A stretch of 41,346 nucleotides of DNA from Callorhinchus milii (Eukaryota): NCBI RefSeq assembly GCF_018977255.1, contig NW_024705477.1:1-41346 (forward strand), given 5' to 3'. Both the position numbers and the translations under genes were made by a program. The notes under the pieces were generated by a model. The model was not told the DNA's origin, made no database searches, and saw only the letters and a program-made list of their open reading frames with translations. This document shows positions 1 to 11,341 of the stretch, piece by piece (the stretch's first letter is position 1; each line of letters opens with the position of its first letter).

Positions 1-529
1 GTGATATGGTAACCACTGAACAGTCATGGATTCCGCTATTCGACAAAATAATCCTCTGTTTGGCCACAGAATACACAGTCACTAGACTGCACAGAGTGTC
101 CTGTGAAGCAGTTTCAGACGTCTGAATAATGAAATTTGTCTCTATATCAAAGGCTATCAATATTATGACTGATTATTGTTATTAATGTTATTCCCGTCCC
201 CACAGTGTGTGGAGGGAGGGAGGGATTGACAGGTCTGGGACAGGAGCTTTGGGATGGGATAAAACGGGTTGTTTCCTGGCTGGAGTCAGCTGGGGGAGGA
301 GCAGCTCCTGTCCACACGTCACCACAGCTGCTGTTTCCACCTCATGGTTCAGATATCTTGTTAATACATGTTAGTTTGTGATCACTGAGGTGACTGATGG
401 TCTCACACTGTCACACCGATTCCTGACACAATATTCAGAATCAACTGATCAGCCAGTGTCAATAACACCCTGAGATATCGGGGGAATTCAGCCTCGGGAT
501 ATTATATTCTCACACAATCTGTTACTTAC

Positions 530-700
530 CTCAGACTCTGTATTTTACACTGCGGGTTCCTCAGAGCCTCACACAGTTGCTTCACTCCTGAATCTCCCAG
601 TTTATTATCACCCAGGTCCAGCTCTGTCAGTGAATGGTTTGTACTGAGAGCGGAGGCGAGATCCTCGGCACAATCAGCTGTCAGACTGTTAACCCACAGC
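530..700 (-). CDS. NLR gene, LRR exon 3 (171 nt; ribonuclease-inhibitor-type LRR pair); gene continues beyond the left window edge
   Basis: Acceptor tctccag| (AG at 702-701), donor |gtaagt (GT at 529-528). Translates [56 protein letters not shown]. 171 nt, phase 2-2, the classic NLR LRR exon size. Confidence 0.93.
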
Positions 701-1097
701 CTGGAGACCAGAGACACAGAGAGATAACAGGGATCAGAGTAAACACAGTGTAGAAGTGAGTGTGAGACACCCCAGGCCTCAGTGGAAGCCAGAGCCTGAC
801 ACACACTGGGGCAGGTCCAGATGGACAAGGAGACAGAAGCCAATCATTGTTCAAAATGACAAATGTGGAGGTTTCGCTGGTTAAACTCCAGCCGTCACCC
901 CAACACACACTGTACCCCCACCCAACCCAAGCCTTGTCTGTTAGTATCTGCCCCCAATCCTCTACAGCAGGGATCGGCATTTTGTGGCTCGCGGGTGGGG
1001 GTGAAGTGTTTATTTTACGTTTGTGTCGTGTGGCTCAATGAAACATCGGGAGAATTCAGCCTCGGGATATTATATTCTCACATAGTCTGTTACATAC

Positions 1098-1268
1098 CAC
1101 AGTTTCTGTATTTTACACTCCGGGTTCCGCAGAGCCTCACACAGTTTCTTCACTCCAGAATCTCCCAGTTTATTACTATTGAGGCCCAGCTTTGTCAGTG
1201 AGTTGTTTGTAATGAGAGCGGAGACGAGATCCTCGGTACAATCAGCTGTGAGTCTGTTACCCCCCAGC
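1098..1268 (-). CDS. NLR gene, LRR exon 2 (171 nt)
   Basis: Acceptor atctccag| at 1270-1269, donor |gtatgt at 1097-1096. Translates [56 protein letters not shown]. Confidence 0.93.
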
Positions 1269-1651
1269 CTGGAGATCAGATAACATAGATCAATTCGAGG
1301 CTCAGGGACCCCTGATTGTGCCCTGTCGGGGGACAGGGGATGGGTGGGTTGACTGCTGGTGTATGACCAGCTAAAGCTGCATAACGTCCCCCGTGAGAGC
1401 TGTCTCTGGGTGCCATCTCGCTGTTTTCTGTATCCGACCCTCCCCAAACTGTAAATACTGTGTCTCACTGCGTTAACAGGAGCTGGGTGGGAAGAATCTC
1501 TGCTCCCAGTGATTTCCATCCACATCCTGCCACTGAGCCAATCCTTGTAGCTTTTCAGATTTCAGCATTAAAACTGTCCACACCTGCTCGGGCTATACTA
1601 ATCTATGTTTAGAGCAAGTTACTGACCCCAAGTCCACAGTCTGTTACTTAC

Positions 1652-1738
1652 TCCAGTCTCTGTATTTTACACTCCGGGTTCCTCAGTGCCTCACACAGTC
1701 GCTTCACTCCAGAATCTCCCAAATTATTGCCCCCCAGC
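1652..1738 (-). CDS. NLR gene, LRR exon 1 (87 nt)
   Basis: Acceptor tgtccag| at 1740-1739, donor |gtaagt at 1651-1650. Translates [28 protein letters not shown], in phase with the NACHT exon and the next LRR exon. Confidence 0.9.
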
Positions 1739-1964
1739 CTGGACACAGAGACAGTAACACAGTAACTAGAGTGTAACAGTACAACACACAATTGACATCT
1801 ATATACAGAAGCCTTTCAGGTGGGGAACATGTCCCAACGAGCTGGGACCAGTTGCGGTTGATCCATAAAACAGCTGAAATGTATATTACGTTCACTTAGG
1901 GTAATGTCTCAGAGCTTTACAGGGACGCAGATTAGAAGGTTCGAGCGGCCCCCAGTCTAAATGA

Positions 1965-2290
1965 TACCAACAAAAACGCCACATTATATTTACACAGCGC
2001 TGTTCACGTCAGGAGGACGCCCCAAAGCGCTGGACAATGAGGCCTTTGTGCCCGTGGTGAGGGTTGGGATCAAAGAGGGTGGAGGGCAGTGGATTGGGGT
2101 GGGAGAATGACTGAAGAAGAAGGGTTTGAGATGGGCTGTGAAGGAGTTGAGGGTGGGGACGAGGCGGAGGGGCTCCAGGATGAAGTTCTCGGGGTTGCAG
2201 GCAGAGAGGCTGAGGGACTGGCCGTCGATGATGGAGCAGGCAGGGCGGGGGACGAGGAATAGGTCAGTGCCCGCCGAGCGGAGGGAGCGG
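1965..2290 (-). mobile_element. Old L2-type LINE 3' end, degenerate
   Basis: Contains agcgctgttcacgtcaggaggacgccccaaagcgc, the reverse complement of the L2 terminal stem-loop seen in young copies, followed by decayed ORF2 C-terminal sequence. Confidence 0.6.
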
Positions 2291-2603
2291 ACAGGTTGAC
2301 ATCTTTGGTAAACACCACTTCGTCACTCTCACACACCCGAAAGTTGCCGGTCCCTGGGTTGGCTCCTACCCCCTCGAGGCGTCTCTCCTACTCTGGATCC
2401 ACCAGCTGAGGCCCCACAGCCCTCACTCCCCGCACTCAACAGCCAAATCTCCTCCGGCCCATGTAACTGAGCAACAGGCTTCCTTTGCCCTGTCTTCAGG
2501 GCTGCAGGTGCTTCCTGTGCTGCCGTCCAGAGCAGAGAGCTTCCTGGGGTCCACCGCAACCCTATGTCTGACACAGTAAGAGATACAATCAGAGTAAACT
2601 TAC

Positions 2604-4404
2604 TGCAACTCCTGACACTTGTGCAGAGCAGGAACTAGACGTCGGAGACCCTCATCCTGAATGCAGCAGCTGCTCAAATTCAGTAGTTTTATGGTATCAC
2701 ACAGTCCAATGACCTGAGACAGCACAACACAGTCTATCGGTGTCAACCTCAAGGCTTTCACTGGAGATATGTCACCCAATGTCAGTGTTTGTACAGACCC
2801 CAGTGTGAGCTGTGCCAGGGCTTGATTCTGAGACTCAAACAGGTAGTGGAGTGTGTTCAGCAGCTTCCTTTTCCCAGTGACGGTGTCTGTGTCTCTGTTC
2901 TGGGCTTTAAACTTCTCCTTCAGCCAATCGATCACCGCGCAGGTTGTCTGATGATCAAACGGCCCCAAAAACTGCTCCAGTGGCTGAGCTGCTCGTGGGG
3001 AGCAGAGACCCGCAACAAAGCGCAGGAATATCTCGAATCGACCATCATTCTCCCTGTCAGCAACATCCAGACATCTCCTGATGGTTTTGCAATGTGGAGA
3101 CAGGAACTGGGCGAGTGCGGCTACAAACTCCTGGATGGTCAGGTGCGGGAAAGCGTAGACCACGTTGTGCTCTGAAGACGCTCTCTGCATAAGTTCCATG
3201 AGAAAGCCAGAGAGGAACTGGGAAGGTTGGAGGTCAGATTTGATCAGATCTTCATCATTAAAAACGATGTTTTTCTGGGAAACTCCAGTGAAGGCCATGG
3301 CACCAATGTTTAGCAGCACATAACGGGGGCTTTCCACCTTGACACTGTGATGTGATAGAATGTGGTATATATAATAGGAGAAGAGTTGTGTGATCGTCTT
3401 GGGAACACGCTGTTTGTTGCTGTTTTTCCGTTTAAAGAAGGGACCCAGAGATAGAGCGAGGATCCAGCAGTAGGACGGGTTGTAGCACATGGTGGACAGG
3501 AGCTCGTTCTCCTCCACGTGACTGTAAACAGCAGCCGCCACCTTCTGATCTTGAAAGAACTTGTGAAAATATATCCTTCTCTCTTCACCCACAAAACCCA
3601 GGATTTCAGCCCAGACACTGACCTGAGCCTTTGCCAGTAAATGTAATGCAGTGGGGCGGCTGGTCACCAGCACTGAGCATCCTGGCAGCAGCTTTCGCTG
3701 TATTAAACTGTACACAATGTCAGACACTTTACAGCAGAATTCAGGGTCTGTGCACCTGCGTTGAGGCTCTGTGTCTCTCCGATTGTCACCGAAATCAATT
3801 CTTGCTCTGAATTCATCCAATCCATCAAATATAAAGAGCAATGTCTCTGGGTGTTTCCACAGCTCGTCCAGAACATCCCTGAGGTAAGGATACTGCTCCA
3901 CGATCAGACGGCTCAGGGCTGTTCCGCACTGAATGGTGTTTAGGTCTCGGAATTTAAAAACAAATACAAAGTGAAAGTGAGGGTAGATTTTGCCTGTGGC
4001 CCAGTCATGGACAAGCTTTTGAACCATGGTTGTTTTCCCAATCCCCGCCACTCCACTCACTACTGCGGAAGTACCTGTGGGAGAGACAGAACCGCTTCCC
4101 TGGTAGAATTTTCTAATCACGGACAATAATCCTCTTCTGGAGAAGCTGCTGTGGAACAGTTTATCAGTTCGGATTTTTTCCAGCTTTCCCCGGAGCTCCT
4201 TCTGTCTCCACTCCTCGTGGTCTCTGCCTCTCGCCAGCAGCTCATGTTCTACCAGTTTCCGGTGACGGAGATCAGAAATGATGGTTAACTCCGTGTAGCG
4301 GTCAACCAACTGAAACGTCTTCACCTTCTCCTTGATCAGTATGGTCTTCACTTCTAGGCTTTCACTTTGTTTCTGTAACATCTCCTTGTGCAGTCGTTGA
4401 ACAT
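2604..4404 (-). CDS. NLR gene, large NACHT exon (FISNA-like region, NACHT, winged helix, HD2, first LRR); NLRC3/NLRP3-like
   Basis: Open 1801-nt exon from gaag|ATGTTCAA (DVQRLHKE) to GAGTTGCA|gtaagt. Walker A GVAGIGKT, Walker B LLFIFDGLDE, sensor-1 VLVTSRP, winged-helix YAFPHLTIQEFVAA, HD2 FEIFLRFVAGL, and an LRR start LNLSSCCIQDEGLRRL. Confidence 0.96.
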
Positions 4405-4626
4405 CTTCAATTAGAGCATTGACACAGGGGTTAGACACACCTCCGGCACCCACCTGAAGGCAGCGACTCAACACTTTGTGGATTATCAGTTGGGAGGATT
4501 GTGTCAGTGTAGAGGCAGAGGGACAGAGGTAGAACTTCAGAAGAGTTTTAATACACATAGAGATATACATTGTGGAGCGGAGGAGAGGAGCAGAAGAAGG
4601 AGATTGGAGAATGTCGCGAAGATAGG

Positions 4627-5127
4627 AAGTCACGAAAAACATTCTGAACATCTGCGATCAGGGCTCCCTCTGCCTCCTTGTTCTACTCAACATCTCTGCC
4701 ACCTTCGACACTGTCGACCACTCCATTCCCATACACCGCCTCTCCTCCTCACTTAATCTTCGCGGATCTGCCCTTGCCTCCTTCCATTCCTATCTATCTC
4801 ACCGTCTCCAACTTGTTGCCTCTAACGGTTTCTCCTCCAGCCCCCGCACTGTCACATCTGGCGTCGACTATTGTTCGGCCCTTAGCCCTCTCTTCTTTTC
4901 TATGCACGTGCTCCCCCTTGGTAACATCATCCGCAGATATGGGATCAACTTCCCCATGTATGCGGATGACATCCAACTCTGTCTTTCTGCCTCCACCCTC
5001 AATTCCACGACCGCTGTTGTCCTGAAAGACTGTCTGTCGGACATCGAGTCCAGGACTAGGGCAACTTCCTACAGTTGAATGTGAACAAGACTGGGGCCCT
5101 CCTGATTGGCTCGCGCCAGAGCCTCAT
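4627..5127 (+). mobile_element. L2-clade LINE reverse transcriptase fragment inside the NLR intron
   Basis: Plus-strand frame reads CDQGSLCLLVLLNISATFDTVDH...VTSGV...FPMYADDIQL...NFLQLNVNKT, with the YADD motif at 4959-4970. Confidence 0.85.
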
Positions 5128-5180
5128 TTCTAGGCTTTCACTTTTTTTCTGTAACATCTCCTTGTGCAGTCGTTGAACAT
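5056..5180 (-). other. Truncated duplicate of the NACHT exon start (alternative or pseudo terminal exon)
   Basis: 5128-5180 matches 4352-4404 at 52 of 53 nt, with the same gaag|ATG acceptor. It reads DVQRLHKEMLQKKSESLE, then runs into antisense L2 sequence to a stop at 5056. Confidence 0.75.
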
Positions 5181-5754
5181 CTTCAATTAGATCATTGACA
5201 CAGTGGTTACACACACTTCCAACACCTACCCGAAGACAGATACTCAACACTGTGTGGATTATCATTTGGGAGGATGGTGTCAGTGGGTGGAGGCACAGTC
5301 ACAGAGGTAGACTTCAGAAGAGCTTTCAATAAAGACAGAGTTACAGATTGTGGTGTGGATGAGTCGCGCAGATGAAAATTGTTGGAAAAGTTACAGAGGT
5401 AGGATCGGTGGGAGTGAGTCAGGATATATAAGATATATTGTGGAGACTGAGCATCTCCACGACAATCTGAAGGAGACAGCGTGACAGTGAATCCTGCTGA
5501 GGATGGAGGTGACGGACGTATGAAGCTCAGTGTGTGTAGGGTTGGTGGCATTCAATTATGGATGAGTTGGAAACTGGTGGATGGTAATGCTGGAGAGGGC
5601 GGCCAGGAGGGGAACAATATAATCAAACTGATGTCCCTCCAATTCAACTCTCAGATCATCAGTACTTTCTGGAAATCTCAATGTAAATGGCAAAGATTCA
5701 ACCTCTGCATTTCAGAAATAAATCCACTGGTTACACTATGAACTGGTCAAATAC

Positions 5755-5820
5755 CTTTCAGGTTCCTGGGTATCTGTCGTACACGTTGGTCAATCATCAT
5801 TTCGTTTACTAGACTGGCAC
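5755..5820 (-). CDS. NLR gene, 66-nt linker exon
   Basis: tatacacag| acceptor (5822-5821), |gtattt donor (5754-5753). Phase 1-1, reads (G)ASLVNEMMIDQRVRQIPRNLK(D), joining in frame to DVQRLH. Confidence 0.8.
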
Positions 5821-5918
5821 CTGTGTATAGGGAGATTTCCTTTAGTTTCAGTGATTGCAGTATCTAGTGAAATATGTATTTCATTAGGGAATGGAATCAC
5901 TGTAAAATTAAATACTAC

Positions 5919-6090
5919 CTTCTTCCTGTATTTCAGTCATTATTTTGTTCAATTTGGGCAGAGTGGGTCTCATTTCAACGAACCATTCCCATGCCTCTCT
6001 ACAGACCCGGGAACCTTTCCCCAGCACCAGGTTCAGAAGATGTTTCGAGCTTTGTCTCTTCCGCCCACTCTGTGTGAGCTCAGTCAGTTT
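5919..6090 (-). CDS. NLR gene, N-terminal death-fold/CARD-like exon 2 (172 nt)
   Basis: tctctgcag| acceptor, |gtagta donor. Reads KLTELTQSGRKRQSSKHLLNLVLGKGSRVCREAWEWFVEMRPTLPKLNKIMTEIQEE. The LLxLVxxKGxxxC pattern resembles CARD helices 4-6. Confidence 0.85.
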
Positions 6091-6823
6091 CTGCAGAGAA
6101 TGAGTAATATTATATTGAAGAGCAGAGTAAAACATGAGCTCTGATTTTGATCAGGAAATGGCCAGTTCCACCATGGTGTGTCTTCTCATGGTGGGTGAGG
6201 CTCCACAGCCACGGATTGCCCTCCGTTACCTCAAACAAATGTTTACTATTCGTGAGACTTGCCAGTGAGATTACTTCAGACAGTGTCACAGCCCAGCCTG
6301 ACTTCTCCTCACCCGCCTCTCACACACAGTGATCTGGAGATTTAACTGCTGTACAATAGGGACTGTCTGCAATGGGATCAAGTTAAAGCAATGTTCCAGG
6401 GAAATATGTAACATTCTGACACAGCATCATTTGGTGTCCTTTCCCCAATATTATCCTCTTTCTCCGCATCTACTTGTGCTGCTTCATGGATGTGATGATT
6501 CGTTTCTGATGAAGAAGGAACCTGGACACAATCCTGAAATTGTCCCTCCACCTCATCCCCTCTATCCCGGATTCTCTCCACCTCATTCCTTCTATCCTGG
6601 AGTCCCGCTATCCATTTCATTTCTTTATATAAATGGAATGTGGGTCTTGTCTTCCCCACTCGACCCTCCCCCGCACTGGTCACTGGAGGATTGGGTATAA
6701 AAGATCGGCTCGTGTCAAACGTGAAACCTATAAAATCAAAGTGGTTTTGAATGGAAACACTTTGCACTACAAACATAGAGACATGTACCAAATAGGATTA
6801 GTTCTTCCCTCCTGACCACCTAC

Positions 6824-6990
6824 TTGAAGTTCCTGCTGGCTGAAATATTCCTTCCTTGTCAACAGTGAGATGACTGCCTCCATGTCTTCCTCAAAGGCCT
6901 GTTCTATTCTGTCCCGGTAGAACTTAGTGAGTCTGAACAGCTGGTGTCCCTCGTACAGGTCGAGGGTCTCGTAGAATGCGGCCATTAAAC
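6824..6990 (-). CDS. NLR gene, N-terminal death-fold/CARD-like exon 1 (possible ATG at 6985)
   Basis: ttgacag| acceptor (6992-6991), CAA|gtaggt donor. Reads LMAAFYETLDLYEGHQLFRLTKFYRDRIEQAFEEDMEAVISLLTRKEYFSQQELQ, ending in phase 0 to match the next exon. Confidence 0.8.
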
Positions 6991-7076
6991 CTGTCAACAA
7001 CAAGTCATACAATCAAACTAATTCCATACTTCAATGCACGTTCATATCTTAAACACATTTCATGATCCATCGCTAT

Positions 7077-7720
7077 GTGTCGGCCTGGATCAGTGGTAAC
7101 ACACTTGTCTCTGAGCCAGAAGGTTGTGGATTCAGGCCCCGCATGAGAATATTAAATCACATCGTCTAATCTGACTCTCCAAAGCTGTGCTGGAGATGTG
7201 CTGCAATGTTGGACACACCATCCTTCAGATCAGACACCTCGCTTGTGAGGTGAGTAACTAACCAATACGCTGCCAATAGGAACCCATTTGGAACCAATAG
7301 GAACCCAATAGGAACCAATAGGAACCCATTTGATTGGAAGATCACTTTCAGGGGACAATATTATTTGTAGAAATTTAGTAATTTGGTCACTCAATTCATG
7401 ACTGTTTGTGTGTGACACTGCTGTGGGCAATTGGCTGCTGGGTTTTGCCACATAATATACAATCAATTCACTTTAGAGACTATTCTGTGAAGAGATTTGA
7501 AACGCAACAACTGGATAATAATGTGTTACATGAAATGCAAAGATTATTATTATTCATTATTATTTTGGACATTAAATTGTCCGCCTTTTAGGTGGTCGGC
7601 AAAGATCCCACGGCCAAACCAGATGAGAGGTGTTCTGGCCAACAATCCCACATAACGAATTAACTCACACATTTGACTGATATTGCTGTGTGAAAACTGG
7701 CTGCCATATTTCACCCACAT
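7077..7720 (+). mobile_element. Old DeuSINE (SacSINE1-like) interrupted by a second decayed SINE (~7237-7565)
   Basis: tRNA-like head ggatcagtggtaacacacttgtctctgagccagaaggttgtggattc, aaagatccca core, and Deu motif ttgctgtgtgaaaactggctgcc. The inner element has its own Deu motif and an (att)n tail. Confidence 0.6.
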
Positions 7721-7721
7721 A

Positions 7722-7930
7722 ATAGAATCATAAAATTATACATCACAGACAAAAGTTATTCGGCCCATCGTTTCTATGCCAGCTCATTCAAAACCACTTC
7801 ATTCCCACTCAACACTCTCTCCCCATAGTCCTGGACACTTGTCCTCCCCAAATAATTCTAATTCTCTCTTAAAAGTTGCTATCGAATCGGCTCCACCCTC
7901 CTTTCAGGTAATGCCTTCCAGATCCGAATA
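7722..7930 (-). mobile_element. CR1-type LINE 3' end, cut by the assembly gap
   Basis: Plus strand shows atagaatcataaaatt...ttcggcccatcg...gccttccagatcc, typical of a reverse-oriented CR1 terminus. Confidence 0.6.
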
Positions 7931-7955
7931 NNNNNNNNNNNNNNNNNNNNNNNNN
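7931..7955. other. Assembly gap (25 N)
   Basis: Run of N bases. There is also a single N at 17396. Confidence 1.
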
Positions 7956-8365
7956 CACTGTCTCCTTCACTCTCTCTCACTCTCTCTCCACTGTCTCCTT
8001 CACTCTCTCTCTCTGTCTCTCTTCTCTCTCTCTCTCTCTCTGTCTCCACTGTCTCCTTCACTCTCTCTCTTTCTCTGCACTGTCTCCTTCACTCTCTCTC
8101 ACTCTCTCTCCACTGTCTCCTTCGCTCTCTCTCCACTGTCTCCTTCACTCTCTCTCTCGCTCTCCACTTTCTCCTTCACTCTCTCCACTTTTCCCTTCAC
8201 TCACTCTCTCTCTCCCTTCGTTTTCTCCTTCACGCTTTCTCTCTCACTCCCTTCGCTTTCTCCTCTCTCTCTTCACTTTTTCCTTCCCTCTCTCTTCGTG
8301 CTCTTCTTCCCCCCTTCTCTCTTCTCTTCACGTCTTCCTTCACTTTCTCTTCTATATCTCTCTCT

Positions 8366-8396
<31 letters not shown>

Positions 8397-8585
8397 TCAA
8401 GATTTTGTGACCTCACTCTCTCCCTTCACTTTCTCCTTCCCTCTGTCCCTCTTCACTTTCTCCTTCCCCCTCTCTCTTCACTTTCTCTCTCCCTCTCTTT
8501 GCTCACTTTGTCTTTCCCCTTCTCCATCTCTCTCTCTTCACTTTCTCCTTCCCTCTCTCTGTTTCGCTTGACTTTCTATTCCTCC

Positions 8586-8618
<33 letters not shown>

Positions 8619-9022
8619 TCACTTTCTTCTCTCGCTATCTATGTTCACTTGTTCTTCCCTCACTCTCTCTTCGCTTTCTCCTTCCCTCACTCTCTCTTCC
8701 CTTTCTCCTTCCCTCACTCTCTCTTCGCTTTCTCCTTCCCTCACTCTCTCTTCGCTTTCTCCTTCCCGCTCTCTCTTCCCTTTCTCCTTCCCTCACTCGC
8801 TCTTCCGTTTCTCCTTCTCTCACTCTCTCTTCCCTTTCTCCTTCTCTCACTCTCTCTTCCCTTTCTCCTTCCCTCACTCTCTCTTCCCTTTCTCCTTCCC
8901 TCTCTGTCTCTTCCCTTTCTCCTTCCCTCACTCTCTCTTCGCCTTCTCCTTCCCTCACTCTCTCTTCCCTTACTCCTTCCCTCACTCTCTCTTCCCTTTC
9001 GCTTGACTTTCTATTCCTCCTC

Positions 9023-9054
<32 letters not shown>

Positions 9055-9418
9055 TCACTTTTCTCTCTCGCTATCTATGTTCACTTGATCTTTCCTCGCT
9101 CTCTCTTCCCTTTCTCCTTCCCTCACTCTCTCTTCCCCTTCTCCTTCCCTCACTCTCTCTTCCCTTTCTCCTACCCTCACTCTCTCTTCCCTTTCTCCTT
9201 CCCTCACTATCTCTTCCCTTTCTCCTTTATCACTCTCTCTTTCCTTTCTCCTTCCCTCACTCTCTCTTCCCTTTCTCCTTCCCTCACTCTCTCTTCCCTT
9301 TCTCCATCCCTCTCTCTCTCTTCCCTTTCTCCTTCCCTCACTCTCTCTTCCCTTTCGCCTTTCCTCTCTCTCTCCTCACTTTCTTCTTCCCTCTCTCTGT
9401 TTCGCTTGACTTTCTATT

Positions 9419-9451
<33 letters not shown>

Positions 9452-11279
9452 CTTCACTTTCTCTCTCACTATCTATGTTCACTTGTTCTTCACTCTCTCT
9501 TTCTTCACCTTTTCTTCCCGCTCTCTCTTCCCTTTCTCCTTCCCTCACTCTCTCTTCGCCTTCTCCTTCCCTCACTCTCTCTTCCCTTACTCCTTCCCTC
9601 ACTCTCTCTTCCCTTTCGCCTTTCCTCGCTCTCTCTTCACTTTCTCCTTCCCTCACTCTCTCTTCACTTTCTCCTTCCCTCACTCTCTCTTCCCTTTCTC
9701 CTTCCCTCACTCTCTCTTCACTTTCTCTCTCGCTATCTATGTTCACTTGATCTTCCCTCACTCTCTCTTTCCTTTCTCCTTCCCTCACTCTCTCTTCCCT
9801 TTCTCCTTCCCTCACTCGCTCTTCCGTTTCTCCTTCTCTCACTCTCTCTTCCCTTTCTCCTTCTCTCACTCTCTCTTCCCTTTCTCCTTCCCTCACTCTC
9901 TCTTCCCTTTCTCCTTCCCTCACTCTCTCTTCCCTTTCTCCTTCCCTCACTCTCTCTTTCCTTTCTCCTTCCCTCACTCTCTCTTCACTTTCTCCTTCCC
10001 TCACTCTCTCTTCCCTTTCGCCTTTCCTCTCTCACTCCTCACTTCCTTCTTCCCTCTCTCTGTTTCGCTTGAATTTCTATTCCTCCCTCTCCTCTCCCTC
10101 TCTCTCTTCTCTCGCTATCTATGTTCACATGTTCTTCCCTCTCTCTTTCTTCACTTTTTCTTCCCGCTCTCTCTTCCCTTTCTCCTTCCATCACTCTCTC
10201 TTCCCCTTCTCCTTCCCTCACTCTCTCTTCGCCTTCTCCTTCCCTCACTCTCTCTTCCCTTTCTCCTTCACTCACTCTCTCTTCCCTTTCCCCTTCCCTC
10301 ACTCTCTCTTCCCTTTCTCCTTCCCTCACTCTCTCTTCCCTTTCTCCTACCCTCACTCTCTCTTCACTTTCTCCTTCCCTCACTCACTCTTCCCTTTCGC
10401 CTTTCCTCTCTCACTCCTCACTTCCTTTTCCCTCTCTCTGTTTTCGTTGAATTTCTTTACTCCCTCTCCTCTCCCTCTCTCTCTTCTCTCGCTATCTATG
10501 TTCACATGTTCTTCCCTTTCTTTTTCTTCACTTTTTCTTCCCGCTCTCTCTTCCCTTTCTCCTTCCCTCACTCTCTCTTCCCTTTCTCCATCCCTCTCTC
10601 TCTCTCTTCCATTTCTCCTTCCCTCACTCTCTCTTCGCTTTCTCCTTCCCTCACTCTCTCTTCCCTTTCTCCTTCCCTCACTCTCTCTTTCCTTTCTCCT
10701 TCCCTCACTCTCTCTTCCCTTTCTCCTTCCCTCACTCTCTCTTCCCTTTCGCCTTCCCTCACTCTCTCTTTCCTTTCTCCTTCTCTCACTCTCTCTTCCC
10801 TTTCTCCTTCCCTCACTCTCTCTTCCCTTTCTCCTTCCCTCACTCTCTCTTCCCTTTCTCCTACCCTCACTCTCTCTTCACTTTCTCCTTCCCTCACTCA
10901 CTCTTCCCTTTCTCCTTCCCTCACTCTCTCTTCGCTTTCTCCTTCCCTCACTCTCTCTTCCCTTTCTCCTTCCCTCACTCTCTCTTCACTTTCTCCTTCC
11001 CTCACTCTCTCTTCCCTTTCTCCTTCCCTCGCTCTCTCTTCGCTTTCTCCTTCCCTCACTCTCTCTTCACTTTCTCCTTCCCTCACTCTCTCTTCCCTTT
11101 CTCCTTCCCTCACTCTCTCTTCCCTTTCTCCTTCCCTCACTCTCTCTTTCCTTTCTCCTTCCCTCACTCTCTCTTCACTTTCTCCTTCCCTCACTCACTC
11201 TTCCCTTTCGCCTTTCCTCTCTCACTTCTCACTTTCTTCTTCCCTCTCTCTGTTTCGCTTGACTTTCTATTCCTCCCTC

Positions 11280-11341
<62 letters not shown>

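Noticed and set aside
4405..4651. N-terminal extension of the 683-aa ORF (2600..4651)
   Set aside because: It lies upstream of the gaag| acceptor at 4405, is duplicated as diverged intron at 5181-5400 and overlaps L2 sequence. It is intronic read-through, not coding.
6378..6791. 137-aa minus-strand ORF inside the NLR gene
   Set aside because: The flanking exons already join in phase without it, and it has no convincing motif. It is possibly very old LINE debris.
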